From an uncultured Planctomycetota bacterium (GTDB taxonomy: Bacteria > Planctomycetota > Planctomycetia > Isosphaerales > Isosphaeraceae): a DNA stretch of 64,000 nucleotides. Below, piece by piece: positions 31,801 through 44,352 of this stretch. The notes beneath the pieces were generated by a model. That model was not told where the DNA came from, searched no databases, and worked only from the letters and a program-made list of their open reading frames with translations. The stretch lies in contig CAWJTV010000038.1 in NCBI GenBank assembly GCA_963845755.1, positions 128,001-192,000 on the forward strand, written 5' to 3'. The first letter of the stretch is position 1; every line of letters begins with the position of its first letter. A program made the position numbers and the translations under genes.

Positions 31801-32187
31801 GTCCATGTCCTTCGATTGGGTGCCGATTGGAGATCCGGGTCACCCGCATCCGATCCGACCTCGTCGCGGAGCCGACGGAGGCATTCGAAGCCGAATGCGG
31901 GATGAACGATCCTCAAGGTAACGGCTTCAACCCCGCAACTCAAGTTGCCCCGGGATCTCATGCACCCCAGGCGGTCTGTAGATCGCCATGTGGCAACGAG
32001 TTGTGACAAACACGGCCCGAGGGTTCGAGGCCCCATCCAGCGGCCGTACGTGGGAGTCCTACGCCCCTGGTGGAAAAACTCGGGTGCGGAGAAGATCCGT
32101 TGCCGCCGGTACCGCGACAAATGTAGGATGCAACGGACTTGCAGACCCAACATAGGCGGGAGATTCGCTCTCGGGAGGAGTTGCACC

Positions 32188-34757
32188 ATGAGAACGCGGA
32201 TTGCTGGCTTCGGTCGTCGGCTGGCTCGGACGGTGGCGCTGATCGGTCTGATGGTGACGGTCCACGCTCAGGCTCAGGAAGCGAACGCGCCCGGTCGGAC
32301 TCGCTCGCGCGCTATTTCCCGAGTCGCGACCTGGTCGCCTACGCCGAGTTCGACGGTGTGGATGCCCATGGCGCGGATTGGGAGAAAACCGCAGCGTACC
32401 GGGTGTTGACCGAGACGACGACCGGGGCGATGCTCGAGCAATCGGCCGCGCGGCTGCTGGACCTGGTCCTGTCGGGACGGAGCGGGGCCGCCGTGGGGGG
32501 GCGCGACCTGGTCGCTCTGGGGAAGCACCTGCTCCGCTCGGGGTGTGCGGTGGGTATGAATCGCGCGGGAGGCGTCGGGCCGCCCCATTGCCTGGCGGTG
32601 GTGATCCGGGGCGCCGCGAGCGGGAAGGCGCGCTCGGTCGTCGATCGGCTGTTGCGAGTCGGCGAGCATCCTCGTGCCCAGATCAATACGGTCGAGAAGC
32701 CGGGTGGCCGAAGAGTCCAGGTTCTGGGCGATCCGCAGCGGGGCGGCAAGGCGTGGTGGACCGAGGGGGATGACCTGGTCGTGAGCCTGCTGGCTCCCAC
32801 CGGAGTCAACGCGATCCTCTCAGCCCTCGACGGTCGCGAGCCGAGTGCGCGGGAGCATCCCACCCGAGTCGCGCTGGCCCGCAGCGCCCACGAGCCCGGT
32901 TTCGTATCGGTCGGCCTGGCATTCTGCGAAAGGACCGCCATTGGTCCCCTGCCCCCTCAGGCCATGGCGCTGGGCCTGGACAAGATCAAGCGGATCGAAT
33001 ACCGATGGGGGTTCCACGGCCGGGCGATTGAGAGCATCGTCGGCATCGAGGCACCAGCGCCGCGGATGGGGATCCCGTCGTGGTTCGACCAACCGCCCCT
33101 CGAAATAAAGCATCTCCCTCCCCTGCCCGCCGGGCTGGCGGGTTTCGCGGTCTTCTCGCTCGACACGGCCGGGCTCTATGACCGGATCTTCGAGTCGCTG
33201 AGAGTCAGCGTGCTGCCCCCGGCCGCAGGCGCCGACGAGGAGGTCCGACAGGCAGTTGACCAGGCGCTGGGTCTGAAGCTCCGCGACGAATTCCTGGCGC
33301 ATCTGGGATCGCGATTCGTCGGGTACACGGTCCCGACCCGGGTGAACGCGGCGACCAACCCGCTGGCCGGCATTGCTCAGGGGATAGTCTTCGTCCCGAA
33401 GACGTCGATTGTGGTCGAGGTAAAGGACCACGCGGCCGTTCTCAAGGCCCTGGACCTTCTCGCCGGGCGCGTCAACCGCGCGATGCGTTCGCTGGCCGAT
33501 GTGAGCGGCGGGGGCGAGGTCGGCGAATTCAAGCGGCTCAAAGGCGAGGAGAACGGCCGCGTCCTCTCGGTGCCCGCCTCGCTCCTGCCGATGGCCGCCG
33601 GACTGCGTCCCACGCTATTGCTCGGGCAGAAGGACATGGTCCTGTCAACCTCGCCCGCGACGGCCCGCCGCGCCCTGGACGTGCAGGGACGTCCGGAGAC
33701 CGGCGGTCTTCCGCCCGGCGACCCGCTGGCCGAGGTCTTGCAGCAACTCCCCGATCGCCTGGTGTTCCTCGGCGTGGGCGATCCTCGGCAATCCATGATG
33801 CCCGAGCTGCTGGTCAGCTTGCCGAACTTGCTGGAGTATGCGGTCCCGCGGTGGCTCCAGGGCGTGCCGATCATGGCACCGCTGCCGTCGCCGGGCAACA
33901 ACGGTTCGGACAGCGACTCTCAACGGCCCGCTCGCAAATTGGCGATGGATCCCGAACTCTTCCCCGAGCCCGACGCGCTCCGGCCTTTCCTGTTCCCGTC
34001 GGTCCACGTGCTGACGGTGGACGATCGGGGGATCCGATTCATCTCGCGCGAGGCGTTTCCGACGTTCAATCCGGCGACGGTGGCGCCGGCCGCCCTCGCG
34101 ATGATCGTGCCGGTGATCGGCCGGACCGTCCAGCGGGGCCGTTCGATCGAGAACCTCAAGCAAGTCGGGCTGGCCATGCACAACTTTCACGCTATCAACA
34201 ACCGGTTCCCGGGCGATGTCCTCACGAAGGATGGCAAGCCCCTCCTGAGCTGGCGAGTGCGGATCCTGCCCCTGCTGGGACATCAGGCATTGTACAACGA
34301 ATTCCACCTGGACGAGCCGTGGGACAGCCCGCACAACAAGGCCCTGATCGAGCGCATGCCGGAGGTCTTCGCCGTCCCCGAGGCACCGGGCGAGCCGGGC
34401 ACGACCTACTATCGCGGTTTCTCGGGCGAGCATACCTTCCTCGACCCGAAAGTCCCGGAGGGGGTCGGGATCGCGTCGATCACCGACGGGACCTCGAACA
34501 CGATCGCCGTGGTCGAGGCCAGGGAGGCCGTCCCCTGGACCAAACCCGACAGCGACATTCCGTTCGGGGGCGACCCGCTGAAGCTCGACGCAATCCAGGC
34601 TCTGCGAGGCGAGCTGGGCGGCCATTTCCCCGGCGGGTTCCATGCGTTGTTCTTCGACGGTTCGGTGCATTTCATCAAGGACTCGATCAATCTGGTCGTA
34701 CTCCGCTGTCTGATCACCCGCGATGGCGGCGAGGTTATCTCGTCCGACTCGTATTGA
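32188..34757 (+). CDS. Exported protein with a C-terminal DUF1559 domain; frameshift near 32300
   Basis: NLKQVGLAMHNFH, LSWRVRILP, ITDGTSNTI and FHALFFDGSVHF; GGAGGAG RBS. Confidence 0.88.
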
Positions 34758-34895
34758 TCGTTCGTCACGGTGGCGTGCACCCGTGCACCCACGCGACCTA
34801 AGATGTGTTGCGGTCGACCGCGTGAGAATCGTACCATGACCGGCGTCGCGACCATCCACCTCCGGTAATTCGCCTCATTGTGAAAGGGATGCACC

Positions 34896-36801
34896 ATGGG
34901 CAGACGGATCGGAACCTCTTGCGATTGGCATGTTCGAGGTCGAACGGCCTCCCTGGTCGGGGCCATCCTTTCCACAATCGCGGTGCTCGGGGCCGGCGAT
35001 CTCCGCGCGGCCGATACGGGGAAGCCCTCGGCGGATCAGCGAGTGCTGGGTCGCGCGCTGTTCGAACGGGAGTGGCTGCCGGGCGACTCGCGGACCCGCG
35101 GCGGCGACGGCCTGGGCCCGGTCTTCAACGACAGCTCGTGCATCGCCTGCCATAATCTGGGAGGAAACGGCGGCGGCGGCCCGTCGAGCAAGAACGTCGA
35201 CATCATCACGGCGTCGGCGAACGGTCAGAACGCCCTGCCGACGATCTCGTTCTCGGTAGCGCCATCGTCGGGCGAGCCCGGGTTCCTGGGCAAGGCGCTG
35301 GGGTCGCTGATCGGCCTCGACGTGCCCCAGAGAACGCCGGCCCAGCCGTCGTTGACCACCCCCGCCGCCCGAAGCACCACCGGCGCGCCGCAAGGTCGAC
35401 AACGGACCGCTCGTCAAGGCCCACCCCGGCTTCCGGACGTCGCGGAGCGTCGTCCTCCATCGCTTCGGCACCGAAGCCGGTTACGAAGGCTGGCGTCAAT
35501 CACTCCTGGGGTTGAGTCCCATCGCCATGGTCCGGGGAGTGTCTGTCAGCGCGAGCGAGATGACGCAGCACCAGAATGCGGTCAGCATGGGCCGGCAGCA
35601 GTTCCTCCAGAACACGATCGGTCAGTTCCAGCTCGTCCGGACTCAGCGAAACCCGACGGCCCTCTTCGGTGCGGGCCTGATCGACGCGATCCCGGACCGC
35701 GCGATCGAGGATGCCGCCAAGGCCAAGCATCCGGAGTTCCCCGAGATCGCCGGACGGGTCAGCCAGCTCAAGGACAAGCGGATCGGCCGGTTCGGCTGGA
35801 AGGCGCAGACGCCGACGCTTGAAGATTTCGTCCTCACGGCGTGTGCCGTCGAATTGGGGCTGGAGGTCCCGGGTCATCATCAAGGCGGGAATCCTCAGAA
35901 ACTGGATGCCCAGGCCAAGGGGCTCGATCTCTCGGCGCAGGAATGCAACGCGTTACTGGACTACGTCCGGGCGCTGCCGAAGCCCGCGGAGCGCCAGCCG
36001 GCGACCGAGGTCGAATCCCGGGAAGTCGCAGCCGGCCGCAAGCTCTTCGCCTCGACCGGCTGCGCGACCTGCCACGCGCCCAAGTTGGGCAACGTCGAGG
36101 GGCTTTACAGCGACCTCCTGATTCACGATCTGGGTTTTCCGCTCGGCGACACGGGCCAGTACGGCGTGTTCGATCCCAGCTCGTCCGACGAAGAGATCAA
36201 CGACGAGGAAGGGCCGATCGCCGACGCGGCGGCGGTATTACCGGCGCCCGCTGCACCCGTGCTGTCGTTCGTGCCGGGTTTACGGCCCAATGTGACGGTC
36301 ACCGAGCCGGCGACGAGATCGTTTGCCAGGGAGGCCGCCAAGATCGAAGCCGAGTTGGGCATAACCCAAGAGGCAACCGCCGTCGCACCACAGCGTCCCG
36401 CAGCTGCCCCGGACGCCGTACCGCCGGTGACCGCGCCCGGATCGATCGTCCTCCCACCCGTTCCCCCAACAGAGACAGTCCCGGTCGTCCTCACCGCACC
36501 GGCCGCGCCGACAGTTCTCCCTGTAGAGATGATCGTCAAGCGGCCCACCTCCGGCCCAGCGTCTCGGTTCGAGTGGCGAACCGCGCCATTGTGGGGATTC
36601 CGCGACTCCGGGCCATACCTCCACGACGGTCGTGCCGACACGATCGATCAAGCCGTGGCGCTCCATGGCGGTGAGGCCACGACCATCGCCAGCAAGTACT
36701 TCAGCCTCAGTCCTCGCGAGCGGCGTCAGGTCGAGGCGTTCTTGAAGTCGCTGACCGCACCCGAGCCCGTTGCGCCCGAGCAGGTCGCCAGTGCCAGGTG
36801 A
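34896..36801 (+). CDS. Di-heme oxidoreductase (DHOR) family protein; frameshifts around 35340-35400
   Basis: GDGLGPVFNDSSCIACH, PTALFGAGLID, GRFGWKAQ, GCATCH, EWRTAPLWG and YLHDGRA. Confidence 0.88.
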
Positions 36802-36820
36802 GAGACTGTCCAAGAAGCCA

Positions 36821-36887
36821 GCAGGGTGGGTAGGTGAAACCCACCAAGAAGAGGCCGCCGATACCAGTGGGTTTTCACCCACCCGAC
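36821..36887. repeat. GTAG-type REP doublet, family 2
   Basis: gcagggtggg...aaacccacc ... gtgggttttcacccacccgac. Confidence 0.7.
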
Positions 36888-37002
36888 AAAGGCCGGATGC
36901 CGTTCCCGCACATTTTTCGAGCTTATTGAAGGAAGGGCTCGAGCGGTGTCGCGTGCGGACGGATCCTCGTTTTCCCACATGGTCCATGGAGGTGATCTTG
37001 CC

Positions 37003-38949
37003 ATGAGTACGCGCGTTGCTCGCTCCCGTGGTCTCCTGGCGTGGTTCGGCGTTGCCAGCCTGGCGATGTCATCCACCGCCACGGCCCAGGAGCCGTCGCC
37101 ACCGGCCGCTCCCGCGCCGCTGCGCGCGCTACTTCCCGCGCAAGGATCTGGTCGTCTACGTCGAATTCGACGGACTCGATGCCCATCGCGATGCCTGGAC
37201 CAAGAGCGCGGCATACCGCCTGCTGACCGAGACGACGACCGGGGCGATGCTCGAGCAATCGGCCGCACAGGTCCTTGATCTGGTGCTCTCGGCCCAGTCG
37301 CAGATCCCGGCGAAGGGCCCGGAGCTGATCGCGATGGGGAAGCAGTTGCTGCGTTCGGGATTCGCGCTGGGGATCAACCGGTCGGGAGGCGTGGACTCTC
37401 CGCGATGTCTCGCGCTGGTCATCCGGGGCGCCGCGACGGGGGCGCCGCGGGCGGCCTTCGATCGGGTCCGGAAAGCCGTCGAGGGGGCCGGTCAGTCCGT
37501 CAAAACGGTCGAGAAACCGGGCGGGCGAAAGGTCCAGGTGCTGGGCGAGTCCGGGCCGAGCGCCATGGCGTGGTGGACCGAGGGGGATGACCTGGTCGTG
37601 AGCCTGGTCTCGCCGTCCGGCGTCAACGCGATCGTCGCGGTGCTCGACGGTCGCGAGCCCAATGCCGTCGATCATCCGAACCGACTGGCCTTGACGAAGA
37701 GCGCCGACGCACCCGGCTTCGAGCCGGTGGGCCTGGCGTTCTTCGACATGGCCGCGCTGCCTTCCCTGCCTCCCCAGGCCGTGGCGTTGGGCCTCGATAA
37801 GATCAAGCGGTTCGACTACCGATGGGGGTTCCACGGCCCGGCGATCCAGAGCATCCTCGGCGCCGTCGTGCCGGCGCCGAGGATGGGCATCCCGGCCTTG
37901 TTCGATCAGCCCACGTTCGACGCGCGGCATCTGCCGCCCCTTCCCGGCGGGCTATCGGGGTTCACGGTGTTCTCGCTCGACCCCGCCCGGCTCTACGGCC
38001 AGATCCTTGCCGCGATTCGGGCGATTGAACCGGGGGCCGCGCAACCCGAGGGGTCCCTCGAAGCCGCCGTGCAGCAGGTCATGGGCCTGAAGCTGCGCGA
38101 GGACCTCCTGGCTCCCCTGGGGTCGCGCGTCGTCCTCTACACGTTCCCGACCCGGATGAATACCCCGAACAACATGCTGGTCGGTCTGGGGCGTACCTTG
38201 GTGTTCGTCCCCAAATCGGTGGGGATGATCGAGGTCAAAGACCATGAGGCGATGGCCAAGGCGCTCGGCACGCTCGCCGAGCATTCCGGCCGGAAAGCAC
38301 CCGTCGCGGCTCCGCCCGGGACGGGGATTACGGTCTCGGTGAGCGCCCCACCGATGCAGCGGCTCAAGGGCCCGGACCTCGCTTATGTGTTCCCGTCATC
38401 GGAGCCGACCCTGGCGCTCCCGGTCGGGGGGCGTCTCACGATGCTCGTCGGCCAGAAACACCTCATCTTCGGCGCGTCTCCGGCGACGGCGCGCGTGCGC
38501 GGGACCTGAGCGAGCAGGGCAAGGCCGGCCTACCCCCGAACGACGCCCTGGCTGTTGCCCTCGAGCAGCTCCCCGATCGCTTGACCTTCCTCGCCGTCAG
38601 CGACCAGCGCGAATCGATGCTCCCCGACGTGCTCGTCGCCCTGCCCGGCATGGTCGACATTTTCGCCTCACGAGGCGGACCGGTGGGCTTGCTGCCCTTC
38701 TTCGTGGATCCGGGCAGTCTGTTCACGTCCTTGCTGCCGGGCGTCGGCGCAGGTGCGGCGCGCCCGTCGAGCATCGCGATCGACCCCGACCTGATCCCCG
38801 AGCCCGATGCGCTCCGGCCGTTCCTGTTCCCGTCGGTCACCGTGCTGTCGGTGGACGACCAGGGGATCCGCTTTATCTCGCGTAAGGCATTCCCGACGAT
38901 CAACCCGATATCGTTGGTGGTGCCTTTGGCCATCGCCGAATTGCTGTAG
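37003..38949 (+). CDS. Paralog of 32188-34757 lacking the DUF1559 domain; frameshifts near 37120 and 38500
   Basis: Shares ARYFP, LTETTTGAMLEQSAA, AWWTEGDDLVVSL, YRWGFHG and PEPDALRPFLFPS; stops at 38949. Confidence 0.82.
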
Positions 38950-39028
38950 GCCAACCACGCGGAGCTGGTCATCCACGATGGAGGTCATGGCCTGCCTTCG
39001 GACTCATTCTGCACAGCGCGGCAAGCCA

Positions 39029-39088
39029 TTGTGACGGTCGTCTCCCGACGTTACTGTTGCGGAATCGGAGCCGCGCGCGCGGCTCCGA
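39029..39088 (+). promoter_or_regulatory. Putative pfk promoter followed by a perfect 24-bp palindrome
   Basis: TTGTGA-N17-TACTGT (39029-39057), then tcggagccgcgcgcgcggctccga (39065-39088). Confidence 0.4.
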
Positions 39089-39212
39089 CCTCATGGACAG
39101 ATGTCTAAAAACCGGATTGTGATCCTGGCGACATGCTCGACTGAGCCCTCTCCCTGGGCCGCTGGATCGATCGCTTATTCACTTGAACATTCAATTGGAA
39201 TGGGAGCTTTCC

Positions 39213-40531
39213 ATGGCTGCAACGTCCGCTGGTGCTTCGAGTTCCCCGGAATCTTCCCGTGCGATCCGCCGGGTGGCGATGCTGTTTGCGGGCGGGCCGG
39301 CCCCGGCCGCCAATGCGGTGATCTCGACGGCCGCGGCCTCGTTCCGCCGGCATGGCATCGACGTCATCGGCATCCTGCACGGCTATGCCCACCTCGTCGA
39401 GTATGGTGACGATCATCCGATGAAGGAGGGGCGCGATTACCTCGTGCTGGATCAGGGCAAGCTGCGTCGCACGCGGAACACGCGCGGCATCTTGATCGGG
39501 ACCTCGCGCGTGAACCCGGGAAAGGACGTGTCGAATCCCGGCCATCTGCGCGACCCTCGAGCGCACGGCGCAACTGGACCGGGTCTATCGGGCCCTGGAG
39601 TCCCTGGAGATCGATGCGCTGGTCTCGATCGGCGGCGACGACACCCTCAAGACGGCCAACAAGTTCAAGCGGTTCCAGGAGAATCTGCCGGCCCGGTCGA
39701 AGCGGATCGCCGTGGTTCACGTCCCCAAGACGATCGATAATGACTACCGCGGCATCGACTTCACCTTCGGCTATTTCACCGCGGTCGAGACCCTCGCCGG
39801 CGAAATCCGCAACCTCCTGGCCGATGCCGAGGCGGGCCGGATGTACTTCCTCGTCGAGACGATGGGCCGCAGCGCCGGCTGGCTGGCCTACGGGGCCGCC
39901 ATCGCCGGCGAGGCCAGCCTGGTCATCAGCATCGAAGACCTGACCGACGACTATATGACCGAGGAGTCGATCACCGATCCCAAGAGCGGCGCGACCACGA
40001 GCCGCAGGATCATGAATACCGAGAAGATCGTCGATCTGATCGTCCGCGCGGTCATCGCCCGCGAGAAGGAGGGAAAGGAGTTCGGCGTGATCGTCCTGGC
40101 CGAGGGTCTGGCCCAGTACATGCCGGCGCGATACATGGAAGGCGTGACGTTCGACGATCATGGGAACATCTCGCTGTCGCAGACCAACCTGGCCCGGAAC
40201 ATGACCAAGCTGGTCGAGGCCGAATACGAGCGTCAGACCGGGAAGAAGCGGCGCGTGACCGGACTGCAACTCGGCTACGAGGCCCGCTGCGCACTGCCCC
40301 ACGCCTTCGACGTCATCCTGGGTAGCCAGCTCGGCGTCGGGGCCTACCGCGCTGGTCGAGGAGCACCGCGACGGCGTCCTGGTCTCCTGCTCCGGCCAGT
40401 TGAACCTGAGCTATGTGCCGTTCGAAGAGCTCGTCGATCCCGAGACGCTCGTGACCGTCGTCCGCTTCATCCAACGCGGCAGCGACTTCCAGAAACTGGC
40501 ACGGTTCCTCGAGAACTTCCCGCACGATTGA
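39213..40531 (+). CDS. 6-phosphofructokinase family enzyme, PPi-type signature; frameshifts near 39560 and 40350
   Basis: GGPAPAANAVI, IGGDDTLK, HVPKTIDND, ETMGRSAGWLA and LGYEARC. Confidence 0.92.
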
Positions 40532-40561
40532 CCGCAGGGCGTGTGTGAGAAGGTGTACTTT

Positions 40562-40626
40562 GTCGGGTGCTCTGTGAGCACCGATCGTTCTGGGCACGAG
40601 GATTCGGTGCTCACAGAGCACTCGAC
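40562..40626. repeat. REP doublet, family 3, between convergent genes
   Basis: gtcgggtgctctgtgagcaccga ... tcggtgctcacagagcactcgac. Confidence 0.8.
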
Positions 40627-40661
40627 GACGCCCCACGATGACTTCTCACACTCGCTCTCAT

Positions 40662-42001
40662 CTACTTCGCCATCACCCACCGGGCCAGCTCGCGGAAGCT
40701 GGGAGTCTTGCCTTGCATCAGGAGCCCGGTACGGAAGATCTTGGCGGCGGCCCAGATGCAAAACAGAACAGTCAGGGCGGTACCGAGGGCCGCCAGCACG
40801 ACCTGCCAGGCCGGCGGCGCGGGCGCATCGACTGCCGCATCAGCATCAGGTACGGGCTGGCCGGCGGGAACAGCGATAGACTCACGGACAGCGGGCTGGC
40901 GGGATCCTTGATGACGGCCGGACTGACCATCATCGGAATCATCGACAACATCATGACCGGCATCATCAGCGACTGGGCGTCCTTGAGTTCGCTGCATGCC
41001 GAGCCCACGGCCATGTAAAGCGACCCGTAGAGCAGCACCGCGAGAATCAGGTAGAACCCAAGTGCGGCCAGGAGCCGGGATGAGATCACGTCGGTGTATT
41101 CGTAACGCGAGGCAACGACATACCCACCCACCAGGTACAGCGCCCCGAGCAACAGCGCGATTCCCGTCTGCCCGATCAGCTTGCCCATCATCAGCTCGAA
41201 CGGCGTGATCGAACCGAGCAGCACCTCGCTGATCTTGCTCAGCTTCTCCTCGATCACGCTGTTCATCAACTGCGGTGTGCTGGTCATGATGATCAGGAAC
41301 ATGACATACATGAGCACGAACGGGATCACGGCCGTGCGGATCGGGTTGATGATCTCGGCCGGCTTAACCGCAAGCGGCCCGTCGGGGTGGGAGAGATCGC
41401 GCTCGAACAAGCCGAGGTTGGCCAGGCGCAACGGTTGATTCAAGCGGTCGGCGAGCGCCGGGTCGAAGCCGGCCGACCGGAACCGGCGCGCATGGACCTC
41501 GTTGTTGACGGTCGGCACGAGCCAGTTGCGCACCACGTCGTCGTTGGGACTGTCGGAATGGTACTCGATCGTCGGAGGCTGCGCGGCGCCGGACTGAGGA
41601 GTCCGGATCGCTTCGGCGGGGATCACCACGAAAGCGTCGAGCTCACCGCGGCGAATCCGTTCGGAGAGCTCCAGGACGGCCGCGGGCCCCTCCGAGCCCG
41701 ACGCCGGGACCAGGGTCGGCGCCAGCCGCGGCCGGACCGTCTTGCCCGCGCCATCGTCCCGGTGCTCGTTGTACACTTGGGTCGCCCGATCGATCACCGG
41801 ATAGATTTCTCCGGTGCGGTCGACGACGGCGAAGCTCCGCGTCCGGATGTCCACACGGCCTAACAGGAAGAGTTGGAGTCCGATCGATCCGCCCACGAGC
41901 ACCGGCAGGAGCAGGAGCCCGATGAGGAACGCCTTGGTTCGGAGCGACGAGCTGAATTCGGTTGCCGTAACGATCCCGATCTTCTTGAAGTCAGGAAGCA
42001 T
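40662..42001 (-). CDS. ABC-2 type transporter permease (NatB/YhaP-like); frameshift near 40835
   Basis: SVIEEKLSKISEVLLGS...GKLIG, multiple TM segments and C-terminal AAKIFRTGLLMQG. Confidence 0.9.
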
Positions 42002-42917
42002 GGGACGCGACCTCCGGCGCGGTCTCGGCGGGTGTGGCGATCCGCACGAAGATATTGTGGAGCGACGGTCGGGTGACCTCGAACTGGGAGATCCTCGTCC
42101 GGGACATCAGGATCTCGAGTAGTGCCTGGGGGTCGCCCCGCCACCGCACCTCCTGGACGTTCCCCTGGTCGTTGATCTCCTCGATGTCCTCCAGGCCACT
42201 GAGGGCATCCATCCCGGCCTCGGTCCGCAGCAAGATCGTGTCGTGGCCGTAGGCCGACTGGATCTCGTCGAGTGTGCCGTCGAGGACCTTGCGCCCCCGG
42301 AAGATCATGAAGATCCGGTCGCAGAGCCGCTCCGCGACGCCCATATCATGGGTGGAGAAGACCACGGTCGTCCCGTCGTTCTTGAGGTCGAGCACCGCGT
42401 CCTTGAGGACCTCGGCGTTGACCGGGTCCAGGCCGCTGAACGGCTCGTCCAGGATCAGCAGGTCGGGGCGGTTGAGCACCGTCGCGATGAACTGGATCTT
42501 CTGGGCCATCCCCTTGGAGAGGGACTCGACTTTCCGGTCGATCCAGTCCGCGAGCCCCAGGCGCTCCAGCCACCGGCCGATCGCGCGGTCGAGCTCCGGC
42601 TGCCGAGCCCCTTTGAGCAGCGCATAGTAACGCAGCAGGCGCCGGATGGTCATGCGCTTGTACAACCCGCGTTCCTCGGGCAGGTAGCTGACGCGGTCGT
42701 GCGCGGCCCGCGTGCCGCGCTCGCCGAGCACCTCGATTTCCCCCGAGTCCGGGAGCAGGATGTGCATGATCATCCGGAGCGTCGTCGTCTTGCCCGACCC
42801 GTTCGGACCGATGAAACCATAAAGCGAACCCCGCGGTACGGTCAGATCGAGTTTATCAACGGCGACCACACCGTTGAAACGCTTGGTCACATCGCGAATC
42901 CGGATGGCGTCGTTCAT
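41991..42917 (-). CDS. ABC transporter ATP-binding protein
   Basis: GPNGSGKTT, LSKGMAQ, ILDEPFSGLD and STH. Confidence 0.95.
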   Translation of the reverse strand: MNDAIRIRDVTKRFNGVVAVDKLDLTVPRGSLYGFIGPNGSGKTTTLRMIMHILLPDSGEIEVLGERGTRAAHDRVSYLPEERGLYKRMTIRRLLRYYALLKGARQPELDRAIGRWLERLGLADWIDRKVESLSKGMAQKIQFIATVLNRPDLLILDEPFSGLDPVNAEVLKDAVLDLKNDGTTVVFSTHDMGVAERLCDRIFMIFRGRKVLDGTLDEIQSAYGHDTILLRTEAGMDALSGLEDIEEINDQGNVQEVRWRGDPQALLEILMSRTRISQFEVTRPSLHNIFVRIATPAETAPEVASHAS

Positions 42918-43172
42918 CGGCAAGAAGTCCAGGGAACCCAGGAGTCGAGTGGAATCCATGCGATCGGTCGGCGATCGCAGAGGACATTCGTCAGAGGCGG
43001 AGGAATATTCAATAATGGCCGATCGCCTCCAATCGGACACGATCACGGTCGGAGATCGCTGGAGACGGATCGTCGGAGGTCCCTTGTCCACTTGATCTTT
43101 GTTATGATGGAAGAAAGCGACTTCCTGTCAACGCGCTGGTCCGCTAGCCAAAGTCAGAGCAGGAGCCGACCT

Positions 43173-43933
43173 ATGCCTGTCCACAACTGGACCCGCGTCG
43201 AGGCGGGAATCTTTCACCATTTTCATCATGGCTGGATCGAGGAAATCGCACGGTCTCTGAACCGTGGCGTGCTCCCACCCGATTATTACGCTTTGGCCGA
43301 GCGGTTCGCGGCCGGGCTCGGCCCCGACGTTCTGACTCTCCATGCGCCCAACAGGGCGGCAATGGAGAAGATCACCCGGAGACGCGGCGATTCTCAGACG
43401 GTGCGGACGGCGGGATCCTCTTGGCTCCGCCCAAGGCCCGCCCAATCGCCGAGACCGACATGGAATTCTATCGCCGCAAACAGAGTTTGGTGGCGGTCCG
43501 GCACGTCAGCGGCGATCGGGTCGTGGCGGTGGTCGAGGTCGTCTCGCCTGGCAACAAGTCCACACATAATGCTCTACAGCAATTCGTTCGGAAGGTCGCC
43601 GACTTCCTGGAACGGGGGGTCCACATACTCATCCTCGACTTGCTCCCTCCCGGGCGGCACGATCCTCATGGCATCCACGGCACGATCTGGGACTATATCG
43701 CCGACCAGGTCTATTCTGCTCCCACAGACAAGCCGTTAACTCTCGCCGCCTATGAATCCGACCTGGCGATCAAGGCGTACGTCGAGACCGTCGCCGTGGG
43801 GGACAGCCTCCCGGATATGCCCCTGTTCCTCGAGCCACGCGGCTGCATCTACGTTCCCCTGGAGGCCTCATACCAGACAGCCTGGGACGCCGTCCCGCGT
43901 CGTTGGAAGGACGTCATCGAAGCCAAGCGATAA
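43173..43933 (+). CDS. DUF4058 family protein; frameshift near 43350-43420
   Basis: MPVHNWTRVEAGIFHHFH, VAVVEVVSPGNK and LPDMPLFL. Confidence 0.82.
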
Positions 43934-43942
43934 TCCTGCCCC

Positions 43943-44248
43943 TCAAACCTCGACCCACACCTCATCGCCTCGGACCTCGCAGCGGAACCGGTGCACGGGA
44001 TAGCCGCTCATGGTCGTGCATCGACCGTCAGTCAGCCGGAACCGCCAGTGGTGGAGCGGGCAGACGACCTCGCCCTCCTCGATCCAGCCCAGGCCCAACG
44101 GCCCATTCGCATGCGGACAACGGCCCGAAAGGGCCACAACCTCGCCGCCGTGGCGGAAGACGGCGACCCGCAGACCGTCGGCGTCCCGCGACACTCCGCG
44201 CCCTTCGCGGACCTCATCCAGCCGGCAGACCGCCACCCATTCCGCCAT
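43943..44248 (-). CDS. Rieske [2Fe-2S] ferredoxin
   Basis: CPH...CPLHHWRF Rieske ligand motifs. Confidence 0.9.
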   Translation of the reverse strand: MAEWVAVCRLDEVREGRGVSRDADGLRVAVFRHGGEVVALSGRCPHANGPLGLGWIEEGEVVCPLHHWRFRLTDGRCTTMSGYPVHRFRCEVRGDEVWVEV

Positions 44249-44352
44249 GGCACCACGCCCCCGCCACCCTAAAAGAAATCGGAAAACGAACAGCCTAGGA
44301 CTTGCGTCGGAGGTACGTCAACCATTAAATTCTACGGGAACGCTCTTCCTCG

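Noticed and set aside
31930..32140. Inverted repeats between the cyclophilin and DUF1559 genes as an ncRNA
   Set aside because: Short, imperfect and single-copy; compatible with chance or ordinary promoter sequence.
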